DNA of 64,000 nt from an uncultured delta proteobacterium. GTDB lineage: Bacteria; Desulfobacterota; Desulfomonilia; UBA1062. Under the pieces are notes generated by a model. The model did no database searches and had not been told where the DNA came from. It saw only the letters and a program-made list of their open reading frames with translations. The stretch covers positions 178,758-242,757 of the forward strand of contig CAWCTR010000030.1 of the NCBI GenBank assembly GCA_963798485.1. The letters run 5' to 3'. This document shows positions 46,994 to 56,719 of the stretch, piece after piece. Made by a program: the position numbers and the translations under genes. Each line of letters starts with the position of its first letter. Position 1 is the stretch's first letter.

Positions 46994-48301
46994 GTGAGCT
47001 ACGGATTCGACAATATCGCAAAGGTGCCCGAGCTTCAGAAGCGGATTATCTTTACCCTGCTCATGCTCTTTGTCTATCGCATGGGCATACACATACCCAC
47101 CCCGGGGATAGACTCTCTTATCATGAAGGAGTGGTTTGATCAGCAGCAGGGTACACTGCTCGGCATGTTCGATATGTTCACAGGCGGTGGGTTCAGAAGC
47201 CTTTCCATCTTTGCTTTAGGCGTCATGCCCTACATCAGTTCATCCATTATCGTGCAGCTGTTGTGCATGATCTATCCACCCTTTGAGCAGCTCCAGAAAG
47301 AGGGCGCGGCAGGTAAACACAAGCTCACCGTATATACCAGATACGGCACGGTATTCCTCTGTCTGGTCCAGAGCTATTTCATGTCATTCGGTGTCGAGCA
47401 GATGAGCGTGGCCGGACAGTCGGTGGTTATTTCTCCGGGCTGGGGATTCCGCATGGTGGCCATGATCACCATGACCACAGGGACCTGCTTCCTCATGTGG
47501 CTTGGCGAGCAGATTACGGAACGGGGTATCGGCAACGGCATCTCACTCATCATTTTTGCAGGTATCGTGGCAAGACTGCCGGTTGCGGCTTACAACACCT
47601 GGCGGCTCGCGAGTACGGGAGAGCTGTCCTACTTCGTGCTGATCCTGGTAATAGCCTTGGTATTTGCAGTTGTCGCGGGTATCGTTTTTATGGAGACGGC
47701 TCAGCGGAGGGTCCCCATCCAGTATCCAAAGCAGATCAGGGGTCGAAAAGTTTACGGCGGGCAGAGCACGCACATGCCCTTGAAGATCAACATCTCGGGC
47801 GTTATTCCCCCCATCTTTGCATCCTCCATCATCGTGTTCCCGGCCACTATCGCCCAATTTTTTCCGAATGTGGGCTTTATGAAGTCGGTGGCAAATGCAC
47901 TGCATCCCAGCGGGATTATCTACAACCTGATCTATATCTTGGCGATCATCTTCTTCACGTATTTCTATACGGCGGTCATCTTCAATCCGGTTGACGTTGC
48001 AGACAACCTTAAAAAGAACGGCGGATATATCCCCGGCATCAGGCCGGGCAAGTCAACCTCCGAGTATCTCGACAAGGTACTGTCCAGGCTTACCTTTATA
48101 GGGGCCATATACCTGTGCATCGTCTGCGTGCTGCCCATAATGCTTACTTCAAAGGCAAACGTGCCGTTCTATTTCGGCGGCACCTCGCTTTTAATCGTCA
48201 TCGGCGTTTCCTTGGACACCATGAGCCAGATAGAATCGCATCTGATCAGCAGGCAGTATGACGGGCTTTTGAAGACAGGCAGGATACAAGGCAGAAGATA
48301 G
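46994..48301 (+). CDS. secY: Preprotein translocase SecY
   Basis: SIFALGVMPYI, GIGNGISL, IPGIRPG, GGTSLLI. Confidence 0.97.
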   Translation: MSYGFDNIAKVPELQKRIIFTLLMLFVYRMGIHIPTPGIDSLIMKEWFDQQQGTLLGMFDMFTGGGFRSLSIFALGVMPYISSSIIVQLLCMIYPPFEQLQKEGAAGKHKLTVYTRYGTVFLCLVQSYFMSFGVEQMSVAGQSVVISPGWGFRMVAMITMTTGTCFLMWLGEQITERGIGNGISLIIFAGIVARLPVAAYNTWRLASTGELSYFVLILVIALVFAVVAGIVFMETAQRRVPIQYPKQIRGRKVYGGQSTHMPLKINISGVIPPIFASSIIVFPATIAQFFPNVGFMKSVANALHPSGIIYNLIYILAIIFFTYFYTAVIFNPVDVADNLKKNGGYIPGIRPGKSTSEYLDKVLSRLTFIGAIYLCIVCVLPIMLTSKANVPFYFGGTSLLIVIGVSLDTMSQIESHLISRQYDGLLKTGRIQGRR

Positions 48302-48330
48302 ATTATACAACCTTAAGAGGGGGAATTCTC

Positions 48331-48975
48331 ATGAATATTATTTTAATAGGACCACCGGGCGCCGGCAAGGGAACACAGGCCACAAGGATGATCGAAAGAC
48401 TTAAGGTCCCCCAGATCTCCACAGGCGATATGTTCAGGGCCGCAGTCAAAGAAGGCACGCCCATGGGCAAGAAGGCCAAGGAATATATGGATAAGGGCGC
48501 ACTCGTGCCGGATGAGGTTGTCATCGGCGTAGTCAAAGAGAGATTCGGCAAACCCGACTGCAAGAAGGGATTCATCCTGGACGGTTTTCCCAGGACCCTT
48601 GATCAGGCCAAGGCTCTTGATGAGCTCTTGAAAAATCTGGGAACAAAGCTTGATCACGTGGTTGTCATCGAAGTTCCTGATGATTACCTGGTGGAAAGGC
48701 TTACCGGCCGCAGGACCTGCAAGGGCTGCAACTACATGCACCATATAAAGTTTGACCCGCCAAAGAAGGCGGGCGTATGCGACAAGTGCGGCGCAGAGCT
48801 CTACCAGCGGGATGACGACAAGGAAGAGACCATCCGGCAGAGACTGACCAACTATCATAACCAGACCTCTCCCCTTATCGAGTACTACGGCAAGCAGAAC
48901 GTCGTACGGATGATCAAAGGGACCGGGAGCATGGAGCAGGTACAGGACGCCGTCAAGGCAGCAATAGGTGCGTGA
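48331..48975 (+). CDS. adk: Adenylate kinase (Zn-lid type)
   Basis: [26 protein letters not shown]. Confidence 0.97.
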   Translation: MNIILIGPPGAGKGTQATRMIERLKVPQISTGDMFRAAVKEGTPMGKKAKEYMDKGALVPDEVVIGVVKERFGKPDCKKGFILDGFPRTLDQAKALDELLKNLGTKLDHVVVIEVPDDYLVERLTGRRTCKGCNYMHHIKFDPPKKAGVCDKCGAELYQRDDDKEETIRQRLTNYHNQTSPLIEYYGKQNVVRMIKGTGSMEQVQDAVKAAIGA

Positions 48976-48982
48976 CGAACGT

Positions 48983-49198
48983 ATGGCAAAGGATGTAATC
49001 GAGGCTGAAGGAAAGGTACTGGAACCGCTGCCGAATGCCATGTTCAAGGTGGAGCTGGCCAACGGGCACCAGATACTCGCGCATATCTCGGGCAAGATGA
49101 GAATGCATTACATCCGGATATTACCAGGTGATAAAGTACAGGTGGAGATTTCGCCCTATGATCTGACAAAGGGCAGGATCGTCTACCGATCAAAGTAA
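48983..49198 (+). CDS. infA: Translation initiation factor IF-1
   Basis: [25 protein letters not shown]. Confidence 0.97.
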   Translation: MAKDVIEAEGKVLEPLPNAMFKVELANGHQILAHISGKMRMHYIRILPGDKVQVEISPYDLTKGRIVYRSK

Positions 49199-49211
49199 TG
49201 ATGAGGCGGAT

Positions 49212-49325
49212 ATGAAGGTAAGCGCATCAGTCAAAAAGCGGTGCAGGAAGTGCAAGATTATCAGAAGAAGCGGAGTTGTCAGGGTAATCTGCGATAATCC
49301 GCGTCATAACCAGAGACAGGGTTAA
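49212..49325 (+). CDS. rpmJ: 50S ribosomal protein L36
   Basis: Manually translated [37 protein letters not shown]. Confidence 0.95.
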   Translation: MKVSASVKKRCRKCKIIRRSGVVRVICDNPRHNQRQG

Positions 49326-49340
49326 AAGGAGGCATGAGTC

Positions 49341-49709
49341 TTGGCTAGGATTGCAGGAGTAGACTTACCACGGAACAAGCGCATCGATATCGCACTGACC
49401 TACATCTTCGGTATCGGCAGGACAAAGGCCTCCGAGATCATCGCCGCGGTGGGCATCGACCCGGCAAAGAAGAGCGATGACCTGACGGAACATGACATAT
49501 CTCTGATGAGGGATTATATCGACAAGACCCTGGTGGTTGAGGGAGACCTCCGCAGAGAGGTCACCATGAACATCAGGCGCCTCATGGACATCGCCTCCTA
49601 TCGGGGGATAAGGCACCGCAAGGGTCTGCCCTGCCGGGGACAGCATACCCATAACAATGCCCGGACCAGGAAAGGCCCGAGAAGAGCCGTGGTCGGCAAG
49701 AAGAAATAA
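49341..49709 (+). CDS. rpsM: 30S ribosomal protein S13
   Basis: [22 protein letters not shown]. Confidence 0.97.
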   Translation: MARIAGVDLPRNKRIDIALTYIFGIGRTKASEIIAAVGIDPAKKSDDLTEHDISLMRDYIDKTLVVEGDLRREVTMNIRRLMDIASYRGIRHRKGLPCRGQHTHNNARTRKGPRRAVVGKKK

Positions 49710-49729
49710 CCGCTAAGGAGCGCTTTATA

Positions 49730-50122
49730 ATGGCGAAAGCTAGACAGAAAACAGGACGGAAAAAGGCCAGGAAAGAGGTGAGCGAGGGTATCGTTCACAT
49801 CCAGGCCACCTTCAATAATACCATTGTGACCATCACTGACCAGCAGGGCAATACGCTGGGCTGGTCGTCTGCAGGGTCTCAGGGATTTAAGGGTTCCCGC
49901 AAATCCACCCCGTTTGCAGCCCAGACCGCAGCCCAGGAGGCGTGCAAGAAGGCATCCGAATTCGGGGTCAGGAGCGCGTTTGCCTATATTAAGGGGCCGG
50001 GCAGCGGCCGGGAGTCGGCTCTCCGCGCGATAAATGCCAGCGGTATCCGTATCACCGGCATTAGGGATATTACCCCGATCCCGCACAACGGGTGCAGGCC
50101 GCCGAAGAGAAGAAGGGTATAA
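49730..50122 (+). CDS. rpsK: 30S ribosomal protein S11
   Basis: [24 protein letters not shown]. Confidence 0.97.
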   Translation: MAKARQKTGRKKARKEVSEGIVHIQATFNNTIVTITDQQGNTLGWSSAGSQGFKGSRKSTPFAAQTAAQEACKKASEFGVRSAFAYIKGPGSGRESALRAINASGIRITGIRDITPIPHNGCRPPKRRRV

Positions 50123-50140
50123 CAAGAAGGAGGAATAATC

Positions 50141-50767
50141 TTGTCGAGATATACAGGACCTGTTTGTAAGATCTGTCGCAGAGAAGGAATGAAGCTCTTC
50201 TTAAAGGGTGAGCGGTGCTTTACGGATAAGTGCGCCATTGAGCAGCGGGAATATCCTCCAGGGCAGCACGGCCAGGGAAGAGTCAGGACTACCGAATATA
50301 GGATCCACCTGAGGGAAAAGCAGAAGGTCAGGTGCACCTATGGGGTATCCGAGGCCCAGTTCCGTAAGTACTATGATATGGCCAAGCGCCGTAAAGGCGT
50401 CACCGGCGAGCAACTCCTGCAGCTTCTGGAGAGGAGGCTCGACAATATCGTATATCGTCTTGGACTCTCGGGCTCGCGTAACGGCGCACGCCAGCTCATC
50501 AGCCATGGACATATCGTAGTGAACGGGCACAAAGTGAATATTCCTTCATTTCTTGTGAAGGCCGGGGACGAGATCGAGGTAAAGGAAAAGAGCAAGAAGA
50601 TCGAGGGCATCACGGCGTCGCTGGAGAACCGTGAACAGCGGGGCTTGACTGAATGGCTCGAAATGAACAAAGATGCCAAGAAGGGCACGGTAAAGGCGCT
50701 GCCGGAGCGCAAGGATATGCCAATGTCGGTCCAGGAGACCTTGATCATTGAGTACTATTCGAAATAA
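50141..50767 (+). CDS. rpsD: 30S ribosomal protein S4
   Basis: CKICRREG, PPGQHG, LERRLDNIVYR. Confidence 0.97.
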   Translation: MSRYTGPVCKICRREGMKLFLKGERCFTDKCAIEQREYPPGQHGQGRVRTTEYRIHLREKQKVRCTYGVSEAQFRKYYDMAKRRKGVTGEQLLQLLERRLDNIVYRLGLSGSRNGARQLISHGHIVVNGHKVNIPSFLVKAGDEIEVKEKSKKIEGITASLENREQRGLTEWLEMNKDAKKGTVKALPERKDMPMSVQETLIIEYYSK

Positions 50768-50789
50768 GACTTAGAACTTGGGGTGAGGG

Positions 50790-51827
50790 ATGATTGAGAA
50801 GAACTGGAAAGAGATTATTAAGCCGTCAAAGTTGGAGATCGTAGAAGATACGTACACGGATACCTATGGCCGCTTTAATGCACAGCCTCTGGAGCGGGGT
50901 TTCGGCGTCACTATAGGGAATTCGCTACGACGGATACTGCTTTCATCCATATACGGCTCTGCCATCATTGGGGTGAGGTTTGAAGAAAGCGTAGGCGTTC
51001 TCCATGAATTCTCCAGCATCTCGGGTGTTTACGAGGATGTAACCGACATAATCCTTAACCTCAAGAAGGTGGTTATGCGCATGCATACGGATAAGCCCCA
51101 GACCGTGACGTTGGAGAAAAAGGGGCCGTGCGAGGTTAAGGCAGGAGACATCGAGGCCGGGGGCAAGATTGATGTAATCAACCCGGACCAGATTATCGCC
51201 ACCATCCAGAGCACTATTAAGCTCAAGATGGAACTGCGGTTGGACTGGGGGAGAGGTTATGTGCCTGCCGAACTCATCAAGGAGAAGCTGGACACCCATG
51301 GCTGGATACCCATTGACGCCATCTTTTCTCCGGTGAGGAGGGTGTCTTTCAACGTCACGCCCACCATTGTCGGGAGAAGGACGGACTATGACAGGCTTTC
51401 GCTGGAGATCTGGACGAACGGCGTAGTAACCCCGGATGATGCGCTGGCATTTGCCGCCAAGATCCAGAAAGAGTATATGGATGTGTTCATCAACTTCCAG
51501 GAGGAAGAGATCGAGCACGAGTACAGGGAAGAAGAGAAGGATAAGGAACTGAACAATAATCTCTTCAGGACCGTTGAAGAGCTCGAACTTTCCGTCCGTT
51601 CAGCCAACTGCCTGAAAAATGCGAATATGACCTATATCTATGAACTCGTACAGAAGACCGAGGCCGAGCTGTTAAAGACCAAGAACTTCGGCAGGAAGTC
51701 TCTGGAAGAGATCAAGGAAAAGCTCTCCAAGATGGGGCTGCATATCGGGATGAAGCTCCCGGATCTGCCCTCGATTGATGAGATAGAGGCCCGGCGCAAG
51801 CGGATGGAAGAAGAGGAAAGCAAGTAG
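50790..51827 (+). CDS. rpoA: RNA polymerase alpha subunit
   Basis: [31 protein letters not shown]. Confidence 0.97.
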   Translation: MIEKNWKEIIKPSKLEIVEDTYTDTYGRFNAQPLERGFGVTIGNSLRRILLSSIYGSAIIGVRFEESVGVLHEFSSISGVYEDVTDIILNLKKVVMRMHTDKPQTVTLEKKGPCEVKAGDIEAGGKIDVINPDQIIATIQSTIKLKMELRLDWGRGYVPAELIKEKLDTHGWIPIDAIFSPVRRVSFNVTPTIVGRRTDYDRLSLEIWTNGVVTPDDALAFAAKIQKEYMDVFINFQEEEIEHEYREEEKDKELNNNLFRTVEELELSVRSANCLKNANMTYIYELVQKTEAELLKTKNFGRKSLEEIKEKLSKMGLHIGMKLPDLPSIDEIEARRKRMEEEESK

Positions 51828-51842
51828 GATCGGAGTGGAGAC

Positions 51843-52352
51843 ATGAATCATCATATTGCAGGAAGAAAACTCGGACGGACAACGGATCATAAGCTGGCGA
51901 TGCTCAGGAACCTGGTGACATCGCTGATCACTCATGACAGGCTCACCACTACCGAGGCAAAGGCAAAAGAACTTAAGAGGATTGCAGACCGGATGATCAC
52001 ACTGGGGAAAAAAGGGAACCTCGCCGCGATCCGCAAGGCCGCCCAGACAGTCAGGACAAAAGAAGCCCTCGGCAAGCTCTTCAATGACCTTGCACCGCTT
52101 TTTGCCGCCCGTAACGGCGGCTATACCCGTATTATCCACTATAAGAACCGCCACGGCGATCATGCGCCCATGGCGATAATCGAATGGACGGAGTCGGCTG
52201 CGGTAATAGAACCTGAGAAGAAGACAACAGAGAAAAAGGCATCCGCAAAGAAGACTTCTGAAAAGAAAGCCCCTGAAAAGAAGGCCGCGCCGAAGAAAAA
52301 GCCGGCAGCAAAGAAGACCGGCGAGAACAAGGCCGACAAGAACAAAGATTGA
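51843..52352 (+). CDS. rplQ: 50S ribosomal protein L17 with a Lys/Ala-rich tail
   Basis: GRKLGR, TT.AKAKEL, GGYTRI. Confidence 0.96.
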   Translation: MNHHIAGRKLGRTTDHKLAMLRNLVTSLITHDRLTTTEAKAKELKRIADRMITLGKKGNLAAIRKAAQTVRTKEALGKLFNDLAPLFAARNGGYTRIIHYKNRHGDHAPMAIIEWTESAAVIEPEKKTTEKKASAKKTSEKKAPEKKAAPKKKPAAKKTGENKADKNKD

Positions 52353-52424
52353 TCAGGAAGGAAACATCTCCAAGCGCGCTCACGCTGACATGAGCAACAT
52401 TTTCCTATCCCCGAACAAACGCCC

Positions 52425-52464
52425 TGGCGGGCATCGATCCGACGGTGCCCGCCGGTTCTTATTT
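52425..52464 (+). terminator. GC-rich hairpin after rplQ
   Basis: GGCGGGCATCG-loop-CGGTGCCCGCC followed by GGTTCTTATTT. Confidence 0.5.
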
Positions 52465-52688
52465 AGGCATCGTGGGGTCAAAAATAAAAGTTCTTTCGAT
52501 AATCTCAAGCTTTTCTATTGTGAAAAGTTCATTCAGAGATTTCTACAAGTCTTTAAGGCAGTCACAGTATAGATTTATCAAATCGTTAACGCCCCCACAT
52601 TGACCTTCTTTTTCTGCCGAATCCTCGATATGTTGAATTAGATGATTGATTATCTCCTTCGGAATCCTGTGAGAACAGTTTGTAGTTT

Positions 52689-52848
52689 GTAGGTTGGGTT
52701 GGGCCTGCGAAACCCAACACCTACGGGGGTTGGTTGTAAAAGCGTGTTTGAATAAAGCTGCCCAAGGGCAGTGAGGGGGTTGGTATCTTTAAGATGATAT
52801 CATAATGAAATTGATATTGTTGGGTTTTGCAGGCCCAACCCAACCTAC
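52689..52848. repeat. REP doublet (REPIN-like) made of inverted GTAG-type REPs
   Basis: GTAGGTTGGGTTGGGCCTGCGAAACCCAACA ... TGTTGGGTTTTGCAGGCCCAACCCAACCTAC. Confidence 0.85.
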
Positions 52849-52988
52849 TGACTCCCAACAATAAAGAACTGACTCAAATGCAGGCCAAGGCATACAGGAA
52901 ACGCATCACCTGATAATGCCTCTGTTCATTCTGAAGATCCGGTGGTATATTTTAAGTTCACTCCAAAACAGGGGGAGGGGGGATTCGT

Positions 52989-53285
52989 ATGCACTATCTC
53001 ATCATCGCACATGACGGGTCTGATGAGAAAGCCCTGGAACGAAGGCTCGCCGCCCGTGAGCGGCATCTCGGATCCATCACGAAGCTCAAGGAAGCGGGCA
53101 AGGCGCTGTATGGCGCCGCGCTCATCGATGATACCGGTATCATGAAGGGTTCCATGCTTATCATGAATTTCGAATCACAGGGCGAGCTGGAACATTACCT
53201 CGCAACAGAGCCGTATATAACCGGCAAGGTCTGGCAGACCGTCGATGTAAAACCGTGCAGGGTGCCTGATTTATTCCTCTGTTAA
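52989..53285 (+). CDS. YciI family protein
   Basis: R.AARE.HL, GS.LI..FES, EPY..G.VW. Confidence 0.85.
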   Translation: MHYLIIAHDGSDEKALERRLAARERHLGSITKLKEAGKALYGAALIDDTGIMKGSMLIMNFESQGELEHYLATEPYITGKVWQTVDVKPCRVPDLFLC

Positions 53286-53287
53286 TC

Positions 53288-53324
53288 TGGGGAAAAAGTC
53301 CCCATAGTGGGGAATTATGCTCCG
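53288..53324. promoter_or_regulatory. Putative upstream activator sites for a sigma54 enhancer-binding protein
   Basis: Palindrome TGGGGA-N5-TCCCCA followed by a degenerate copy TGGGGAATTATGCTCCGA, 70-100 bp upstream of the -24/-12 promoter. Confidence 0.5.
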
Positions 53325-53390
53325 ATTATTCTATGAATATACCATGGGCCTGATTGTCTAACCTTCTAAATTAAAACTACTTAATACCAG

Positions 53391-53405
53391 TGGCACTGTA
53401 ATTGC
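53391..53405 (+). promoter_or_regulatory. sigma54 (-24/-12) promoter of the hydrogenase operon
   Basis: TGGCAC-TGTAA-TTGC is a perfect consensus match. Confidence 0.75.
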
Positions 53406-53488
53406 CTTCTCATATTCCAGCGGTTTATCGAGTGCAGCTTTATTTATACGCTGCTCTTGCAAAACAGTAATGAGGGAGGGTTTACAAA

Positions 53489-55300
53489 ATGTGGGTGACA
53501 ACCTGCCAGGGAAGCGCCTGTGTAGAACCGGCTATCAAGCAGTTCCTGCCGCCGTGCCAGGTCAGATGTCCTATCAACGAGGACATCCAGCGGACAAATG
53601 TGCTCATCTCCATGCTGCCTGCGGACCCGAAGCAGGCTAAAGAAGGGCTTTTTCAGATCGGAGACCATCTTTACGACAACAATCCGTTCTTCCCTGTCTG
53701 CGGTTATGTATGCGGCATATGCGAGCTCGGCTGCAACTACAAGAGCAAGGGGGGGTCCATCAGAAGAAGGTTGCTCAAGCGGTTCGTATCGGACAATTAT
53801 CTGAACCATCTCGAAAAGAAGGATGAGTTCGACGTCGTCAAGGGCAAGGAAAATGTCGCCGTCATCGGCGGCGGTCCTGCAGGACTCATGTGCGCCTTTG
53901 AACTGGGGAGGAGAGGCTTCCGGGTTACGATATATGAGGCGCTCAACCGGTTGGGAGGGGCACTATGGCTCATTCCTCACTACCGTCTCCCCAAGGATGT
54001 GCTCCAAAGGGTAATCCAGAACATGCTCCGCATAGCCGGGATCGATGTGAAACTGAATACCAGTGCGGGCGATGGCAAGCTCACCATTGAAAGGCTGAAG
54101 AAAGAAGGCTATCAGGCGGTATTCATCGCCAAGGGGACGCCTTCGCCCAGGATCCTCACCTTCGGCAAGGATGCCGTTGAAAACCAGGACCTTGCCGGGG
54201 TCATGTACGGCCAGTCATTCCTCTATGAGGTAAGCAGGGGAATACTGCCCATTGATTACTTCAGCGGGAAAAAGATCATTGTCATCGGGGGAGGCAATGT
54301 GGCCTTCGATGTGGCGCGCTCTGCACGGCGGCTCGGCGGGGATGTCACGGTCGTGTCGCTGGAATCCGAGGATAAATCGAGTAAAGACGGCATACCGGCC
54401 GACCATGAAGAAATAAAGGGGGCATGGGAAGAGGGCATAAACCTTGTCTGCTCGAGGGGGGTAAGTCATATCAACGGGAAGAGTGGAAAGTTCACCGGCA
54501 TCCAGACCCCTCTGTGTACGTGCGTATTTGATAAGGAAGGAAGGTTTAATCCTGCCTTTGATACGACAGATGTCATGACCATTGATGGCGATGTGCTCAT
54601 AATCACGGTCGGTCAGGGTCCTGACCGCTCGTTCCTCCAGAGAGAGGGTCTGCTGGATGAGCAGGGAAGGTTGAATGTCGACCCTGTGACTCTCCAGAGC
54701 AAAAGCAAAGACTGGGTCTTTATCGGGGGCGATGTGAGACGAATCGGATACATGGTGGACGCCCTGAAGGAAGGCAAGGAGGCCGCCGTATCCATCGAGC
54801 GCTATCTCAAGGGGATTGATATTGCAATAGGCAGAAAACGTGAATTCGAGGCCTTGGATATCCCGCAGCTCAAGGATGAGGATTATAAGGATGAACCCGA
54901 GACCGTGTGGATACCGCCTGAGAAGCGCATGCACTTCCAGCTCTTTGAGCGGGGGTTCACTCTTGAAGAGGCCATTGAGGAGGCAAAGCGGTGTCTTTGC
55001 TGCGGACCGTGCATATCCTGCAAGGCATGCGTTTCCATCGGCCTGCAGGAAAACATACCGAATGTGGTTGTAAACCAGAATCTGTGCAGCGGATGCGGGA
55101 TCTGTGTTTCATCCTGCCATTACGGCGCTGCATATCTGAGGCAGGAAGACGGCTCACTGCTCTCGGCAATAGACACCTACCGGTGCAAGGCCTGCGGGAT
55201 GTGCGTCTCGGCGTGTCCGGCAGAGGCCAGGGAGCTGGTGGGTTCGGACATGAAAAAACATATAGCTGAATGCTTTTCGGCATTGCAGGAGGCCCGATGA
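53489..55300 (+). CDS. GltD/NfnB/HdrL-like FAD- and NAD-binding Fe-S oxidoreductase with a C-terminal 2x[4Fe-4S] ferredoxin domain
   Basis: PPCQ..CP and CGYVC..CE..C Fe-S domain; GGGPAG (FAD); GGGNVA.D (NAD(P)); RCLCCGPC..C..C; CSGCGICVSSC and CKACGMCVSACP. Confidence 0.8.
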   Translation: MWVTTCQGSACVEPAIKQFLPPCQVRCPINEDIQRTNVLISMLPADPKQAKEGLFQIGDHLYDNNPFFPVCGYVCGICELGCNYKSKGGSIRRRLLKRFVSDNYLNHLEKKDEFDVVKGKENVAVIGGGPAGLMCAFELGRRGFRVTIYEALNRLGGALWLIPHYRLPKDVLQRVIQNMLRIAGIDVKLNTSAGDGKLTIERLKKEGYQAVFIAKGTPSPRILTFGKDAVENQDLAGVMYGQSFLYEVSRGILPIDYFSGKKIIVIGGGNVAFDVARSARRLGGDVTVVSLESEDKSSKDGIPADHEEIKGAWEEGINLVCSRGVSHINGKSGKFTGIQTPLCTCVFDKEGRFNPAFDTTDVMTIDGDVLIITVGQGPDRSFLQREGLLDEQGRLNVDPVTLQSKSKDWVFIGGDVRRIGYMVDALKEGKEAAVSIERYLKGIDIAIGRKREFEALDIPQLKDEDYKDEPETVWIPPEKRMHFQLFERGFTLEEAIEEAKRCLCCGPCISCKACVSIGLQENIPNVVVNQNLCSGCGICVSSCHYGAAYLRQEDGSLLSAIDTYRCKACGMCVSACPAEARELVGSDMKKHIAECFSALQEAR

Positions 55301-55713
55301 TGGAAAAGGAAAAAACCAAGACAATATTCTCTCCGAGGCTTGTATGCTTTACCTGCAGGTTCGGGTGGGGATATCTTAACTCAGGTGAATTCAGCAAAGA
55401 GTTCAAGAATATCATCCCGGTCATGTGCAGTGGGAAGGTGGATACCCTTCATATCGTGGATGCATTCAGAAATGGTGCGGATGGGGTTCTTATCCTGGGA
55501 TGCGCGGACGGGAGCTGCCACTTCCAGAACGGCAACTATCAGGCGAGGAAGAGGGTTCTCCTTATGCGCAAGACGCTTCATGAATTCGGCATTGAGCCTG
55601 AGCGCGTTATGATCAAGCTGGATATGGACCCTGAAGGGGTAACGATCCCTTCTCTTATTAATCAGATGCATGAGAATCTGGCCAAACTCGGGCCGGTCTC
55701 ACCGACCGTTTAG
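55297..55713 (+). CDS. mvhD: [2Fe-2S] subunit MvhD
   Basis: F.C, V.CSGKVD, AF..GADGVLILGC..GSCHF..GNY. Confidence 0.85.
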   Translation: MMEKEKTKTIFSPRLVCFTCRFGWGYLNSGEFSKEFKNIIPVMCSGKVDTLHIVDAFRNGADGVLILGCADGSCHFQNGNYQARKRVLLMRKTLHEFGIEPERVMIKLDMDPEGVTIPSLINQMHENLAKLGPVSPTV

Positions 55714-55736
55714 AAATCTACGTTTAAGGAGATGGT

Positions 55737-56714
55737 ATGGCTGAAAAACCGAAAGTCGCCATTTATTGGCTGACAGCCTGTGGAGGTTGCGATGAGACCA
55801 TTGTGGATCTCAACGAGGCGATCCTCCAGGTGGCTGATGCAGTGGATATCGTTTTGTGGCCCGTGGCCATGGATTTCAAGTACAAAGGCATCAAGGCCAT
55901 GAAGAAGGGCGAGATCACCCTTTCCATCATCCATGGATCGGTCAGAAACTCCGAACAGGAGGAGATGGCAAAGGTGCTTCGCGAAAAATCACAGATCGTG
56001 CTGGCTTTCGGTGCTTGCGCCTGCTTCGGAGGAACGCCGGGAATGGCGAATTTCAGGACCAAAAAGGACATCTTCGACTGGGTATACCGTGACGCGCCGA
56101 CCGTGGTGAACCCGAAAAAGAACTATCCCCAGACAGAGACGATCATCAACGGGAACAAGCTGACGCTGCCTGAATTCTATGAAAGGGTCTATAAACTCGA
56201 TGACATCATCGATGTGGAATATTATCTACCCGGGTGCCCGCCTCCGCCTGAGCTCGTAGCGCAGGCGGTGTTCGCCGTGGTGGAGGGAAAACTCCCCCCC
56301 CGCGGCACTACGCTGACCCCGCGGAAGCCTCTGTGTGATGTTTGTCCCCGGAACCAGTCGAAACCCATCAAGATGGAGATCAACGAGATAAAACGGATCC
56401 ATGCCGTAGAGGCTGATCCGGACAAGTGTTTTCTGGCCCAAGGGATATTGTGCATGGGGCCGGCCATTAGATCAGGGTGCGGAGAGACGTGCATACGGAT
56501 AAACATGCCCTGCAGGGGCTGCTTCGGCCCGGTGGAAGGGGTGGCGGATGCGGGGACCAAGTTCATTTCCGGTCTTGCGGCGCTCCTGGGCGCTGAAAGC
56601 GAGTCTGATGCCTCAAAGGCCATTGACGGCATTGCCGACCTTGCCGGGTACTGCTACCGCTTCAGCCTTCCTTCAGTTTCCTTGAAGAACAAATCATCCC
56701 AGAAGACGAGGTAA
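55737..56714 (+). CDS. mvhG: Group 3c [NiFe]-hydrogenase small subunit
   Basis: W..ACGGC, GSVRN, FGACA.FGG, LPGCPP, C.GP..RSGC...C....PCRGCFG. Confidence 0.88.
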   Translation: MAEKPKVAIYWLTACGGCDETIVDLNEAILQVADAVDIVLWPVAMDFKYKGIKAMKKGEITLSIIHGSVRNSEQEEMAKVLREKSQIVLAFGACACFGGTPGMANFRTKKDIFDWVYRDAPTVVNPKKNYPQTETIINGNKLTLPEFYERVYKLDDIIDVEYYLPGCPPPPELVAQAVFAVVEGKLPPRGTTLTPRKPLCDVCPRNQSKPIKMEINEIKRIHAVEADPDKCFLAQGILCMGPAIRSGCGETCIRINMPCRGCFGPVEGVADAGTKFISGLAALLGAESESDASKAIDGIADLAGYCYRFSLPSVSLKNKSSQKTR

Positions 56715-56719
56715 GAACC

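Noticed and set aside
38279-52383. Antisense and alternate-frame ORFs across the ribosomal operons (e.g. 38279..39664, 39688..40734)
   Set aside because: They fully overlap bona fide ribosomal protein genes and encode no recognisable products.
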